Positions 25,263 to 38,388 of a DNA stretch of 64,000 nt are shown one piece after another (the stretch's first letter is position 1; each line of letters begins with the position of its first letter). Source of the DNA: Lama guanicoe (lineage: Eukaryota); the NCBI GenBank assembly GCA_013239625.1, contig MU053881.1, positions 2,666,001 to 2,730,000 of the forward strand. Reading direction: 5' to 3'. A program made the translations under genes and the position numbers. The notes below the pieces were generated by a model. That model had not been told where the DNA came from and did not search any database. It worked only from the letters and a program-made list of their open reading frames with translations.

Positions 25263-28200
25263 CAGCATTTTCTTATAAAACGAAACATACACTGAGTATA
25301 TGATCCAACAAGTGCGCTCCTGGGCATTTATCCCAGAAAAATGAAAACGTGTCCGCCCAAAAACATACACAAACGTTCATAGCCACTTTTCTTCTTAAAA
25401 TAGCCCCAAATTGGGGACAACCCAAATTGTCCGTCAGTGAGTAAATGGATAGACTGTGGTCCATCCAGATCATGGATTACCACTTAGCAGTAAAAAAGAA
25501 TGAACTACTGATACGTTTGACAGCTTGGAGGACCTCAAGGGAATTATGCTGAGTGAAAAAAGCCAATCACAAAGGTGACGTGTAATTCCACTTTTATAAC
25601 GCCGTTGAAATGACAGCATTAGAGAGATGAGGAACAGATCAGTGGTTGCCAGGGGTTACAGACGGGGAACACGGTGGTGGGGTGGGGGGTGGCTACCAAG
25701 CGGTGGCAGGAGGAAGATCTTTGTGGAGATGAAAGAGTTCCGTACCTTGATTGTGGTGTGGTTACATGAATTAACAAAGGTGATGAAGTTGACAGAACTA
25801 CACACACACACACAAATGGGTGCGTGGAAAACCGGTGAAGTCTGTGGATGGTGTCGATGTCAGTTTCCCGGGCTTATACGAGACGTTATCATTGCGGGAA
25901 ACTCAGGGTACATGAGACGTTTTGTAATGTTTTTATAACTTCCTACAAATCTATATTTATTTCAAAATAGAAAGTGAAAAAGGGAACTTGGGTAAAAATT
26001 CGACATTATGAATCAGAGTAAAATCCTCTCATCTTTGGGCTGCTGTTCTGTTCCTACGTGTCAGAGGTAGGCGTAGGAGGTCATTCTGGTTTCCTCCTTT
26101 CTATCAAAAGATCTGTCTGCCACCAACTGCAACAGTGCCTGGCCTATTGTGGCCATTTTTTGGAGTGAATAAATTGGCAGTGAAGCCTATCTTTATTTTA
26201 ATAACAGTTGGTATAATTGGCAACATATTTCCAAGGGGCACACACTGCAAGTTGTCCTTGCAAGGAGGAGGGTGGGCTCGAGGACTGGATGCTCTCCCAC
26301 CACTTTTGGCCTCAGTGTCCTTTGAGCTCAACCTGTATGCTGGTGGGCAGAACGTTCAGAGTCCTTCTCTGGGCGCAGAGGGTATGACAGCCTAGACATT
26401 CTATGAAGGCGGCTGAGTTGCCACTGGATCCTCAAGGCCTGGTGGGGTGCTTGGCTTGTCACTCAAAAAACTGGCTGAGTGCTTCTGCCCAAAGCCAGGC
26501 ACTGTTCTAGGCACTGGGGAAACTCCAGTGAGTGAAATAAAGTTCCTGCCTCCAGGAAGCTGGCATTCCAGAAGGAGAAACAGACAACATCCAAGTAAGC
26601 AATTGTTTCAAATTATAACAAGGGCCATGAGGGAGAATACAGGGGCACGTGTGCCCTGACATAGGGGTGGCCTTTCGGAGGAAGCAACATTGAGATTAGT
26701 GAGACCTGAGTGATGGGAAGGAGCTAGTCAGGCCAAGAGCAGCCCAGAGGGAGGGAACAGACTGCACAAAGGCCTGGGGGCAAGAATGAGTCTGGGCAGG
26801 AGCCCAGGGTGAAGCTGGAGAGGAAGGCAGGGGCCAGTTCCCATAGTGTTTCGTTTACTGAACACCCTGAGTTGAGGTATTTATTATCTTCAGGTTCCAT
26901 TTGGAGGAACTGAGGCTCAGAGAGGTGTGGATCCAGGCCCAGGTGCAAAGTGGGAGAATCCGGGCAGCCTCGTAGTCTCCACCTCTACCTGCCCCAAGTC
27001 AGAGACTCTACTTCTGAAAGGCCTAGCGGAGGCCTCCCTTCACACTGTTCCTCCCCCTCTTCCAGGCTGTGGCGGGCCCTTCCCCGCCACTGCCACCTAC
27101 CTCTTCCCAGGAACAACAGGTGGTGGAAACCTCTGTCCCTTGGAGGGGTCCTCTGGGGGCTGACAGACACAGAAGGAGTTTTGCTGACTTTTCGTTTTCT
27201 CTTATTTGAATGGGGAGACTGACTTCAGCCCCAAATATAAACTTCCTTTGTTATTTCAGAGAAAAATGGACGGTGTCAGAGGAAGGGGTTTCCAGGCTGC
27301 TCTTCCTGGGCCTCCCCATCCAGAGGCAGTGGAAGAAGCAGCACCCCATCTAGCCTCCCGTCAGCTCCCGCCTCTGCCGCCTCCCTTCCAGCCACCCCCA
27401 GGTTCCCAGGGTTTTTCCAATGTGCCCTGTTTTCACCCCTGCATGGTGCGGGCCGTCCTCTCTGCTTGGAAGACCGCTCACATCTCATGAGCCCCCACAT
27501 GCTGCCACGTTCTCTCCCATGGGATCCTTCTGTTTTCTTGACTGTAAAGCTGTTCCTACCGTCCTCACGGTTCCCTTTGAGGAGACTGAGAATTGGCGCT
27601 CAGGGAGGGGAGAGGCTCCCTTGGCCCATGAACCACACTAAGTTGCTTCAGATGCTCTAAATTCTCTCCTCCTGGTGGGCGTGCTCCCTTCCTGAAGCCC
27701 AGCTTGAGCGGTCCCTCCTCAAGAGAGCTTCCTCAGACCCCTCCCTCAAGCCAGAGCAGGTCGCACTCAGCCCTGGGGTCCCACCGCACCCCACGCCGCT
27801 GTCTCACCTGACGTGAATCCTGCTGGTTGCCGCATCTCTCCTCACCAGACCAAGGGCCATCACAGTCCCCGCATTCCCAGACCCTATCAGGAGCCAGGCC
27901 ACAGTAAGCATCCCTGAATGTTTTCTGAATGGATGAGGGCAAGGCTGGGAGGAAAAACGTGTGGGAAGCTGACCCTGGTCCCCAGGTCCAGGTGACCTTC
28001 CACAGACCCTGCCCTCTCTTTGCAGGGTCCCAGCAGAGTGACATGAACTGTTCTCTCTCCCATTACCAGTGATTTTTGTATGGTGATGCCTCTGCGTCCC
28101 CACTCCAGGGCCCCTGCAGTTTTGACGTGCTGGGAAACCCCTGCCCCGCTGGCCTTCACAGTCACTGTGACCGCAGATGCTCTGACAGAGATGGGCAGGC

Positions 28201-29390
28201 TGGGAGCGCCCCCCGACCACAGAGGCTCCTGGCACGGGGCCCCGCTCAGCCAGAAATGAGCTACATCTGGTCGGCAGGAATAGATCTATTTGAGCAAATA
28301 AACAAACATTTTAGGTAATTTTAACCAAAGTACACCCACAGAAAAAAAAAAAAAAGAAGCTGGAAGCAAATATGCCCAAATCAGAATGTTAATAATCTTG
28401 GGTGGTGGGAATGGGAATCACAGTTATTGTCTTTACACTTTTCTGCAACTTTTTAAAAGAAAATGCTCTGCCTCGTTGTGTGGGGTGCAACCGGGCACAG
28501 AAACCTTAGTCCGCTCGCCTTGCCAGGCATGCTCCCCAGGCGGGAGTCCTGGCATGGGAAGTGTGCCCTCTGCCCCCGCCAAAGCCCTTCCCACACGGCC
28601 CTCCGCCCTCCCTTGCTGAAACCTGGACCTTGGCCCTTCCGAGGTCTGGCTTTCCATTCTGGGACCTACCCCTCAGCCTTTCAAAACATCAGTTTTCTTC
28701 CTTAAATTAGCTAGAGTGGGTTCCCTGTTTGTTGCTTGCCAATGAAAGGCCTCTTTGGAGACAGACACCAGAAGGTAAGAGCCGTGAGAACATCCAGGCA
28801 CGTGGCTGTGCGGGTCTAAATTGCTATGCCAGGCCGTGATGATTTACATCCACTCTCCCTGCCAGTATCTGGGTTGTAAAGAAGCTGGAGTTAAACAAAA
28901 GTCTTATAAATGTGATTCTAGAAGACTAGCATCATGTGGTTTTCTAGACACTTACTTCCTGGCAATCAGAGGAGTTTGAAAAAATGACAGTCTATCCTTT
29001 AAACCGTTTCTCTTGAACATGAGTTGTCTTGGTCTAGCTTTAGGCGGGAGAATGCCTGCTGTGTCTAGGGGACAATCATGAGATCTGTTTGGCGACTTAA
29101 GGTGACCAGGTGGAGGAACGGAGGAAAATGAAGTTATGAAGTTCCACAAGGCCCCAGATTTCTAGACTTGGGGGATGGGAGCCTCTGAACGCTCCCATGA
29201 GGCCTCTGTTTTCAAAAAGAAATTGGCAGCTGTGAGCAGGTAGACTGGAGGCTCTCTGTGCTGACTCCCACCGTGTATTCTGGTCTCTCACCATCTGACT
29301 CTCACCTGGGCCCTCCGTTTGCTGAAAAAGGCTTCTAAGTCTTCCTATACTCTGTCCTGCTTTCTAAAATAGCTATTTCAGAAGCATGAA

Positions 29391-29494
29391 TTTTTTTTAA
29401 TCTCTCTTTTTTTTTAATGGAGGTACTGGGGATTGAACCTAGGACCTGGTGCATGCTAAGTGTGCACTCTACCACTGAGCTGTCCCCACTCCCC
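29391..29494 (-). mobile_element. tRNA-derived SINE (Vic-1-like)
   Basis: Reverse complement reads GGGGAGTGGGGACAGCTCAGTGGTAGAGTGCACACTTAGCATGCACCAGGTCCTAGGTTCAATCCCCAGTACCTCCATTAAAAAA; GCTATTTCA repeated on both flanks. Confidence 0.82.
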
Positions 29495-29499
29495 TGAAA

Positions 29500-30340
29500 G
29501 TGCTATTTCAAATCTTCCTCAGTCTTCTCAGACCTCTGGCCCCATCACTTCCCCTCAACCTGACAGAGAGAACAGACATCATCACATGGGGACACCCTCA
29601 ACTTCTGCCTTCAAACGCACTGACTTCTGCTTTCATCCTTTCTCCTAAGGCCACCCTGCCACCACCCCAGGGACATCTTTCTCTCTTATCCCTTCTCTGT
29701 GCACCTTCAGCCTCTTTCTCTAAACTCTCATTACTTTTAAGAGTCTCATGCTCTACCGGCTGAGCTAGCTGGGCGCCTCTAAACTCTCATTGCTTTTAGC
29801 ATTTAAACATAATGAAGCCTCTCCTTACCTTTAAACAAATAACCCTCCCTCTGTCCTGGCTCCTCTCTGACTTACCCTATTTCCCCCTAACCCTGTCACC
29901 AGCATTTTCTGAGAGCTGCCTATATTCAATCTTTCCACTTCATCTCCCATGCGTTACTTCTGCCTCTGACAGCGTACTTCTCCACTGAAACAGCACCTGC
30001 CAAGGTCACCAGTGACTTTGCTCCTAAGTTCAGTTGTTGGGGGCATCGCTCTCAATTTCTCACTCTCCTTGACCCTCCATATGTAATCAGCCTCCAAGTC
30101 TTGGTCATTATGTCCCCTAAATAGTGCTCAGTCCGTCATTAGCTTCTCTCCACCCCCACGTCACCCCCGACCTGAGCCTCCATCGTGTGGCTTCTTAGTT
30201 GTGCCTGCCGTCTTGCCCCTCCCACCATCTCTCCACAGTGGGAGAATCGGCTTTCTCAAACCCCCATCTCAGGTGCTTCCCTGGTTTAAACCCCTCAGTG
30301 GCCCTCAGGATAAAGTGTGAAGTCTTTGCCCTCATTCACA
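29500..30340 (+). mobile_element. L2 remnants (pyrimidine-rich)
   Basis: TCCACTGAAACAGCACCTGCCAAGGTCACCAGTGAC and CCCTCAGGATAAAGTGTGAAGTCTTTG resemble L2; boundaries and orientation are approximate. Confidence 0.45.
29737..29774 (-). pseudogene. tailless tRNA-Lys(CTT) 5'-half retropseudogene
   Basis: Minus strand GCCCAGCTAGCTCAGCCGGTAGAGCATGAGACTCTTAA equals nt 1-38 of recalled tRNA-Lys-CTT with 2 mismatches. Flanking direct repeats at 29718-29739 and 29777-29798. Confidence 0.88.
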
Positions 30341-33300
30341 TATTCTGACTCCCAACCTGTGGGAACGGAAACAAAAAGACATTCTGCGTCAAGTACCAGC
30401 TGGGGAGCTCCTACGTTCCGAAATGTCTTGTAAGAGGCCATTGAAGATGGTAAACAGGAGGTCACGGGTGACCGTAAGACACAGTCAGCGGGGACGAAAC
30501 GTAAAATTAATAAAGGAGGTTAAGAAAGAATTGGAGGCTGGTTGTGCAAACTATCTTGGCAGAGAAGGAGACAGGGTGGTGACTTGTGGGTAAAGCAAGA
30601 TTAAGGTTTTGTAAGGGAGGAGATGCCAAACATTTTTTGGTAGAAGACAGAGATCCAAACAATTGAAAAGGGCATGTTGGGAGAGGCCTGGTGATGATGA
30701 CACAGATGGGAAACTGAGCACACACTGCTGGTAGGAGTATAAATAACTTTTCCGGACTACAATTTGGAGATAAAAACATTTTAAAAAGTAAAAATTTCCA
30801 TTCCCTTTTGACTCAGTAACATCACAACTAGATTTTTTTTTTCCTGAGAAAATTAACATGGACATGCACATTTAGCTACAGGGATGTTTATCAATCTATT
30901 ATCTAGAAAAGCAAAAAAAAAAAAATTAATAATCTAAATGTTACAATGGCCTTTTGATCAATTTATGATACATCCAGTCAGTGAAATGCTGCACAGCCAT
31001 TAAAAAAGATACAGAAGAATGTGTGAAACAGCACAGTATTTATAATATTATCCCATTTCTGTACAAAAATATTTTTATATGCAGTGAAGTCTGGGAAGGT
31101 ATACGTCATAATACTGACAATGGACATCTCTAGACAGCGTGGTAGAGTAATTTTCTTTTGTTTTTTGAACTTCCTAAAATTTCCCATCATGAAAAGAAGT
31201 TACAAAAGCATACACACATACACAGTGGGTCCATTTATACGAAGTTTAAGAGCAGGCAGAACTGTGTGAAAGCAGTCAGAGCGGTGGGCCGTCTCCGAGA
31301 GGCTGCTGAAGGGGGAGACGTGCAGGGCAGGTTTCTGCGGTGATGAGACGTTCTGCCTTTTGGTTTTGGTTTACACTTAGGTAACACTTTATGAAGTTGT
31401 GGATTTAAGTCACATGTCTTTAAAAAAAGAATACACCCACAAGACAGAAGGGAAAGAGGAAGCAGGTGACATCACAGAACAGTTTGGAGGTGAAAAAGGC
31501 CGATGAGGAAGTTGTGTGACCAGACCTCAGTTTTCTCAGGAAGTAAGCCGTTGCGATGGGCTTCGGGTGAGGAGGCTGCAGGTGGCCTTGGCCTTGGGGA
31601 AGGGGGACAGAGGGGAGCAGCGTCTAAGCGGGAGACACGCGGGGGGCTTCTTAGAGCTGGATCCCAGGGGCGGGCCTCGACCCCCAGGGCCCTCGGCTCA
31701 CTGTGACCTCGGGCTTGGGTCCTGCGGCTGAAGGAGCGAGAGACAAACCGGACGGCTGGTTCACTCTGGGACTCGTGACAGTCAGTACTGGCTTGCAGTG
31801 AGGCCAAGGCGATTCCAGGAGGATGAGAGGGAAGGGACAGGCAGGTTCTGAGGGCAGAATAGGGAGAGTGGAGTTGTAGCAGTAACGGCTGTGCTGAGAG
31901 GGACTGGCTCTGAAGCCCCGAGGGCGAAGCAGCCCTGGGGGGCGGCGGCCTCGCTCGGCGCCCGCCCGGCACTGCTGGGATCGGGGGAGGAAGCGAGCAC
32001 TCAGTGTCTATCCGACGCCAGGCACTTCACAGATAGCGGCAGCTCGCTAAAACGGATTTCGCGAGGATGCACTGCCATGAGGTTTATATATGAGGAAACT
32101 TGCCCTGAATCAGTCAGCAAGCAGCAGTTTCAAACCCAGATTGACTCCAGGCCACCATACTCAGCTGCCACACAAAGCAGATCGGGAGCAGGAGGACTGG
32201 AATTTTAGGGAACCCACATACGTGGACAGGAGTCATTGAGGCTGCCGCTGCAATGTATCAGTTGCCGACATCTGGAGAATGGCCAGCAGCAACCAGAACA
32301 GGATAAAGTAGCCCAAGCAGATGGCGTGTGCTCCAGGAACTCGTCCTGGAGGACAGTGTGTCAAAGTGGCAGAAGAGGCCTGAGGAAGGGACTCTGGGAG
32401 CTGGGGGCTCGTGGCTCCATCAGGGTAAAAGCACACACGGAGTTCCAGCTGCAGCGACAGAAGCATGTCAAGAAAAGTGTCGGGCACTATTTGCCCAAAA
32501 GCAAAGCCTCACCTTACCTCCTCCCCTTTTTCTCCCCTCCCTTGATCCACGCAGGGCGACTTGCTAGCAGTGGGCAAACTATAAACTGTTTGGAAATCAG
32601 CAGTAAGACCTTTCACCCAACATTAACTGCACGACACACTGCAGCTGCAATTCATCGAATCTTTACAGTTGGCCCTGTTTCACAGATAAACTGAAGCCTA
32701 GAGTTGAGGTCGGTTGGCCACAGCCACAGCCACAGCCAGCATTTGAGACCAGCTGTATCTGGCATCAGTTTGCATCTTCCTTGACTGTTGATCGACGGCA
32801 AAGTTTTCATATGTAACCTTCACCATCAGTTGTGGAGTGTTCATTTTTAGTGCATTCTGATCTAAGGTGAATAAACTCATCTTGCAGACTTACTAGACCG
32901 AGAAGACATTGTAGTTTACACTTATGCTGTGCATTTTTAAAAAATACCCCTTTGGGTAAGGGACAGGGAAGACTCTGAAGGTGACAAGAATCCGTAACTC
33001 ACAGAAAAAAAAATAAGTTCTTTGTCCAGGATGGATAGTGGGAAAGAGAAAGGCAAAGAACTGAGGCTTCAATTTCCTCTCAGAAATGACAACATAAGCC
33101 AAAATGCCCTAGGAGGGAGTCCCAGTAGTCCAGAATCTGTTAGGTCCAAAGTGCCTCTTCCCTAGCCTCTCACTGGCAAGGACATAGGTCTGTTCTAGCA
33201 GGAGAAATGACATTCCTTAAGAAACTGACAGTTACTACTGCAAGGAAATGCACCTTCAAAATCCACTTCCTTAGAGAACGGGGGACAGACACTTGATGAC

Positions 33301-33698
33301 ATCAGTGCAGTCACGAGCTTTATATACATTTATTTGACTTTATCTACAAACCTATCCTGAGGTACATGGTGCTAACTTCATTAATAATTGGGAAGACTAA
33401 AGCTTAGGGGAGCTAAAGAACTTGTCTGAGGTCACGGTGGAGCCCCAGCTTCAACCCAGATCTGCCAGCTCTCTGCAGCACCCCACACTGCTGGAGCCGC
33501 CATTTTTAACAGGAACACATCACAGAACATCTATTTTAACTCCTTGTTTCTTTTTCATTCTCCTTTGCTGCTCGGCAATGCAAAACCCTGTTCCCTCCTC
33601 CCGTGTGTTCCAACCTTGCCTTCACACAGAGAGAAATATCTACCACCTCTCTCCTAGACAGAAAGACCCACAACTTAGGAAACTTTTGTTATAAAACA

Positions 33699-33704
33699 TT
33701 TAAT
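33699..33704 (-). terminator. FAF2: FAF2 probable main poly(A) signal (ATTAAA)
   Basis: + strand TTTAAT; minus strand reads TGTATTGTAGGTTAACATTAAATGTTTT, with two UGUA motifs upstream. Confidence 0.6.
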
Positions 33705-35635
33705 GTTAACCTACAATACAATGTAAACCTTTATGAAAAAAATTTAAAGTACACTAGGTTTTTTCAGCAAATTATCACGTAACTATTCAGGTGCAGTACA
33801 AGCTGGGGCACTGCACCTTTTGTGGATGGATTTCCTGTTGCTGCATCCTCACGAGTCCTTTAAAAAAAAAAAAAACAACAGTTGTAAGTGGAGCTCCTTG
33901 TTCAAGCACCAGATAAATACTCCCCTGGTCTTGCACTCTGGGGGTCATGACTCTCCCACAGTCATTTTCTGTAACTTGCCTTGGCCTTGGCACCATTAGC
34001 AATTTTCATAATGACTGCTCAGTTGAAGATTCTAGGTTCTTTTTAGCTTTTTTTTTTTAATGAGATAAATATTCTCCACTGGTCATCTCTTATACAAACA
34101 TCATAGTGGAAGCAAGCAAGGAGAAAAGTATTTGCTGCAGGAAATTCTGCAGAAGTGGGAAAAAAAGGCCAGAAGGGCCCCAACTGATGCTGCAGAAATT
34201 CAACTGACTCCAATTAGGTGTCTTTGCTTTGTCATTTCGTGCGGAATCTCAGCCGAATCTACTTCGGTCTTGGGAGTGCAGAACAAAACTGGAAACAAGT
34301 ATTTTTGTTTAGTTGATGACTTGCCATTTGGAAACAGCTGAAATAACCCAGAGGTGATTTGGAAACAAAATGCTTGCAGATCACCGGCTTCTCAATGTTT
34401 TCTCATTTCAAGTCCCATCGAGTTCCCAGAGGTCCACAGATTGTACTGGCATTGACAAAATGTGCATCTTTCACAGAGGAAAGGAGATGGCACCCAGGCA
34501 GCAGCTTTGTCAAGGACACAGGATCCGAGTCTGAGTAAAGCAGGGCTGGGTCAACATGGACCAGAAACGGGGTGTGGGCTTCAGGTGGAGCCTCTTGAAA
34601 CTTAAAGTAAATGGGTAAGCCATCCCAAGAGTTGCACCAGCACAAACAGACTTTCTCTTAATACTCTGGCATCTAACCTCTTTCACTGGACAAGTTATCA
34701 AAAGGCGAGAGGCATAAAGTGCACATCATAAAATAAAATGCAGACTGAGTTATTAAGGAAAAAATTTACAACTTCCCAAAGAGGTGTGGGCAAGATACTT
34801 GGTACAGCCAGCCTGGCGAGGGTCCTCAGTACCCTCCTGCGCACTGCAGAGAAACCACTATGAATTCCAGACGGGGAGACGAAGTGGAAGCACTCCTCTT
34901 TGCATGGTTGTCAGCAGGAAGCAGACTTCACGTAAGGTGGAGAACAGGTTTATCCTGGTCATCACTGCAGGTACATTTCATGACAGCAGTGAGATGGTGA
35001 TTTCTCACTCGTGTGGCCTTGGAACAGCAGGAAAGTGGAAGAACAGGCAGCCAGGAGCAGAATTAGATTTTCCTGGAGACGGTGCTGTAGACTCCTGTGC
35101 CAAGGCCATCGGGAAGCCCTCAGGTTTCCCTGGGGCCACCCCTGAGGCCCCACGCCCTGCTCCTTGGGGTCCACCCCAACCACTCAGGGCTATGGGGAGC
35201 AGCAGCCACACCACTACCTTAAAGAATGGTCCGTAGGTTTTAGCTAAGCAAGAGGAAGCCTCTGGAGGCTGCAAATCTAACAAGCTATGCTTCATCTTGG
35301 TAGGAACCCTGGGCCTCACAGCCCGCTAGCGACCTGCAGCAACTTCAGGGCCCGCAGTGCCGGGTCTGTGCCAGCTGCAGAGCACTCTGGAATACTCGTC
35401 AGCTCACGCGGGCACCTGTTCATATGTGGCCTGACCCGTGCACCCACGAACTCAACCACAGACAAAGCATCCAGGGGTTAAAAACTCTGTTACTTCAACA
35501 CAGCAACAGAGGGAGAGGACAAAACTGCCTCCAGCAGGTGGCTACATCAGAAACTGAAATGTGCCTTCCAACGGCTGACGCAGGCCGCGTTCTGGCTCGG
35601 CGCCCTTCAAGGGCTCTGGTTCTTTCTGTCCTCAA

Positions 35636-35660
35636 ACCACCACCACCACCACCACCACCA
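35636..35660. repeat. (ACC)8 trinucleotide repeat in FAF2 3'UTR ((UGG)n in the mRNA)
   Basis: accaccaccaccaccaccaccacca. Confidence 0.9.
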
Positions 35661-36708
35661 CACTCCCAACGAGACAGGAGGGGCGCTCTGCCGTGGTGCC
35701 GCTGGTCCCGCCGCGGGCCCTGCCCGTCCTCTGGAAAGGCACCAAACCTGGTGGCTCAGGGCCAGGCGGGACAGCGTGCACACAGCAGAGGAGGAACGAA
35801 GGGCTGCTGTCCTTTGGTTCAGATCCCACAATGACCACCTGGCCGACTCCAAGGAGACGCCTGGCTTGTGTGCACAGGTGCGTCCACACGGAGTTCACGG
35901 CACATACACGGTGCATGTCCATACACGGCCTTTGTAGGGTTCCAAACCCAGACTTCCTCCCACTGCTCCACGTGGGGTGCACAGAAGGCAAGAAGGACAG
36001 CAAGAATTGGACCAAAAAGAACCACCTCTCTGGGAACACGAGAGGGACAATGGCAGAAATAAGCACAAACCAGCCAGGGGCACCTTTATTACACTCTCGT
36101 GGGCTACGGGGCCCAGGGCATGAGCTCATGGATTTATGAATTGGCTCTTTATCAAACAATGTTAAGGAAAAAAATACACCTATGTCAGCCTCATTCCTTT
36201 GGTCATTACAAAGCAACTGAAAAAATTTAAAAGTTATTCGTAAGTTGTGGGAAGTTCAAGGAACATCTCTGCTCTGTGCCTTCTCTTCCCTCTTCTCCGG
36301 AGGGGGAGAAGCGAGTCCCCAGGAGATGCTGCAGTGGCTGGCTGAAGGAGGTTTTTTCACTTTTATTTTCCATAAAGGCAAGAATGAAGAACTGGTAGGA
36401 ATGCTCCCTTCCCCAGTGGGGACGACGGCTGGGTCGGAGGTGAGGCCTCCTTTTGCTGGAGATGCGCGGTGCAGACGCTGAAGGGAAGGGAGAGCTCGCC
36501 AGCGGGAACATTCACTGCTAACCTCGCGCGTGCACACAGGTGGTGACTCCTGCAGGCAGCATGGTTTCTGATCCTTCCTTAGGATGCAGCAGTCTTTTAA
36601 AAAAAATATTGTATTATAATAATAATAATATGAATTTCTCTCTTATTTTTTGTTTTTTTTTCCATTTCTTTTAGGGACTGGGGTGGAAGAGGAAAGGAAG
36701 AAAAAGTG

Positions 36709-36891
36709 TCATTCGTCTGTTAGGTCCTGAACAAAGAGAACTTCTGTGTGGCTGAGTCCGGCCTCCTGCAGCGTCGGCGGGTTGGGCCACTCCTCTGAAG
36801 GGATGCAGGGCAGGACCCTCCGGGGAAAATTGGCTTCAATCTGAAACTTTTCAGGGCTTTCTTTCAAGGAGAATAAGAAGTCGTGGATCAC
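36709..36891 (-). CDS. FAF2: FAF2 exon 11 (UBX domain C-terminus, stop)
   Basis: tgcag| VIHDFLFSLKESPEKFQIEANFPRRVLPCIPSEEWPNPPTLQEAGLSHTEVLFVQDLTDE*; UBX FPR motif; 183 nt. Confidence 0.97.
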   Translation of the reverse strand: MIHDFLFSLKESPEKFQIEANFPRRVLPCIPSEEWPNPPTLQEAGLSHTEVLFVQDLTDE

Positions 36892-37953
36892 CTGCAGAGG
36901 TTGCACAGAAAAAGAAGGGCAGTGAGAAAAAATAGACAGACACACACACATACATACAACCACAAAATCGAATAAACCCCAGCTCCCCCCAGGACGACTC
37001 AGAGATATGAAGTAATCACATTACACTGAAATTCCACTTCAGAGTCAATCCATCTCACAGAGCAAACACGTAGGGTAGCTCTTTTAAGAGATTTACTACA
37101 CAGTCCAATGTGAGTCCTGCTCTGAACTGACCCATGTTTCTTCTCTGAAAACTTGTCTGATATAAAGCTAAACATTATTTACTTAGAAACAATCAAGAGT
37201 TACAGGAAAGACGGAAGAACAGGACACAGAACCTGTCTCTCTGAACCAGCTGAAAACGAGCTACCAGCTGAACGTCCCGTCACCCCATACACTTGCGTAC
37301 ATCTTACAAGCAGGACGCCCCCCTTCACAATACAACCCTCGAAACCAGGAAAGCTGATTCGTTGTTGCTGTACTATAGTAACATACATTGCATTTTCATT
37401 CAGGATCCATTCAGGCTTTGGCAGGTGTCTTTTATTTATGGCGAGAGGACTCAGTTTGGGATTGTGTTACGTTTAGTAACTGTCACATCTCCAAAGTCTG
37501 CTCCTTCAGCCTGGAACAAAACCTCAGGGCTTCTGGGGCTTTCATGACCTTGACATAACCTAGAGACTACTGGTCAGCTGTTTACTTGTAGACCGTCTCT
37601 CAAGCAATCCGTTTATCTGACGGTTGGTCACTCATGATTAGATTCCAGCTGTGCATCTCTGCCAGGAGTATCACAGAAGTGACGCTCCCTTCCACTCAGC
37701 GCGCCCTGCTCGGGGGAGCGCGGTTTCAGTCGGCTCCATCACCTCTGACGCTTTGACCACTTGATTAAGGTGGTGCCTGTCAGGCCTCTGCACCTGAAGT
37801 TACTCTTTTTCTCCTTCGTAATTACTGAGTATCTTGTAGGGAGGTACTTTCAAACTATGGAGACATTCCGCTCCTCAGACTTTCAATTTATTTATTTGTA
37901 TTAACATACATTTCCTGTGTTAGTCAATAGGTTACAATGTTGAAATTGTTTTA

Positions 37954-38070
37954 TTTATTTAACTTTATTTTATTGAGTTATATAGTCAGTTTACAATGTT
38001 GTGTCAATTTCCGGTGCAGAGCAGTTTTTCAGTTATACATGAACATACATAGATTCACTGTCACATTCTC
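37954..38070 (-). mobile_element. short L1 3'-end insertion with TSD, inside an older L1 remnant (~37150-38330)
   Basis: TTTATTGAGTTATATAGTCAGTTTACAATGTTGTGTCAATTTCCGGTG; 11-bp TSD AAATTGTTTTA at 37943-37953 and 38071-38081. Confidence 0.7.
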
Positions 38071-38344
38071 AAATTGTTTTAGATGGAGTCTGAGGAGACC
38101 ACTCCAGCTGGCTTCTGTGTCTTTTTGACACGTCTCCATTGTTCTTTGAATAATTCCTTGCTTTGTTCCAGGCTAATCTTGTATTTTCCCTGTCCCAGCC
38201 CTGGATTTCCTTAAGGAACTCTGAGTCTTTGTAATGGACAATGGCATTTAAAAGCCACGATCTAGATGCTAGGTGTGTTCCCTGCTACTGGGTGTCGATG
38301 CTCCCAAGCACTCTCTGCGGAGAAAGCCAAAGGATACGAGCATA

Positions 38345-38345
38345 C

Positions 38346-38380
<35 letters not shown>

Positions 38381-38388
38381 CACACACA
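38345..38388. repeat. (CA)n microsatellite
   Basis: About 21 CA units with one interruption. Confidence 0.95.

Larger units (their letters stand above)
23185..25985 (+). mobile_element. degraded L1 (ORF2 3' part + 3'UTR, L1MC-like) with nested insertions
   Basis: CAAAATTCAACATTCATTCATGATAA, AAGTCCTAGCCAGCACAATAAGGCAAGAAAAA, GAACAGAATAAGGAACCCAGAAACAGACCCACAC, CTCCTGGGCATTTATCCCAGAAAAATGAAAAC. Interrupted by a SINE and a TOMM7 retrocopy. Confidence 0.85.
33690..36708 (-). other. FAF2: FAF2 3'UTR (~3 kb)
   Basis: Repeat-poor sequence from the stop codon to an ATTAAA signal with TGTA elements just upstream. Confidence 0.7.

Noticed and set aside
32233..32694. ORFs of 84-152 aa, one with a hydrophobic stretch
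   Set aside because: No recognisable family or splice structure; may be a decayed ancient repeat.
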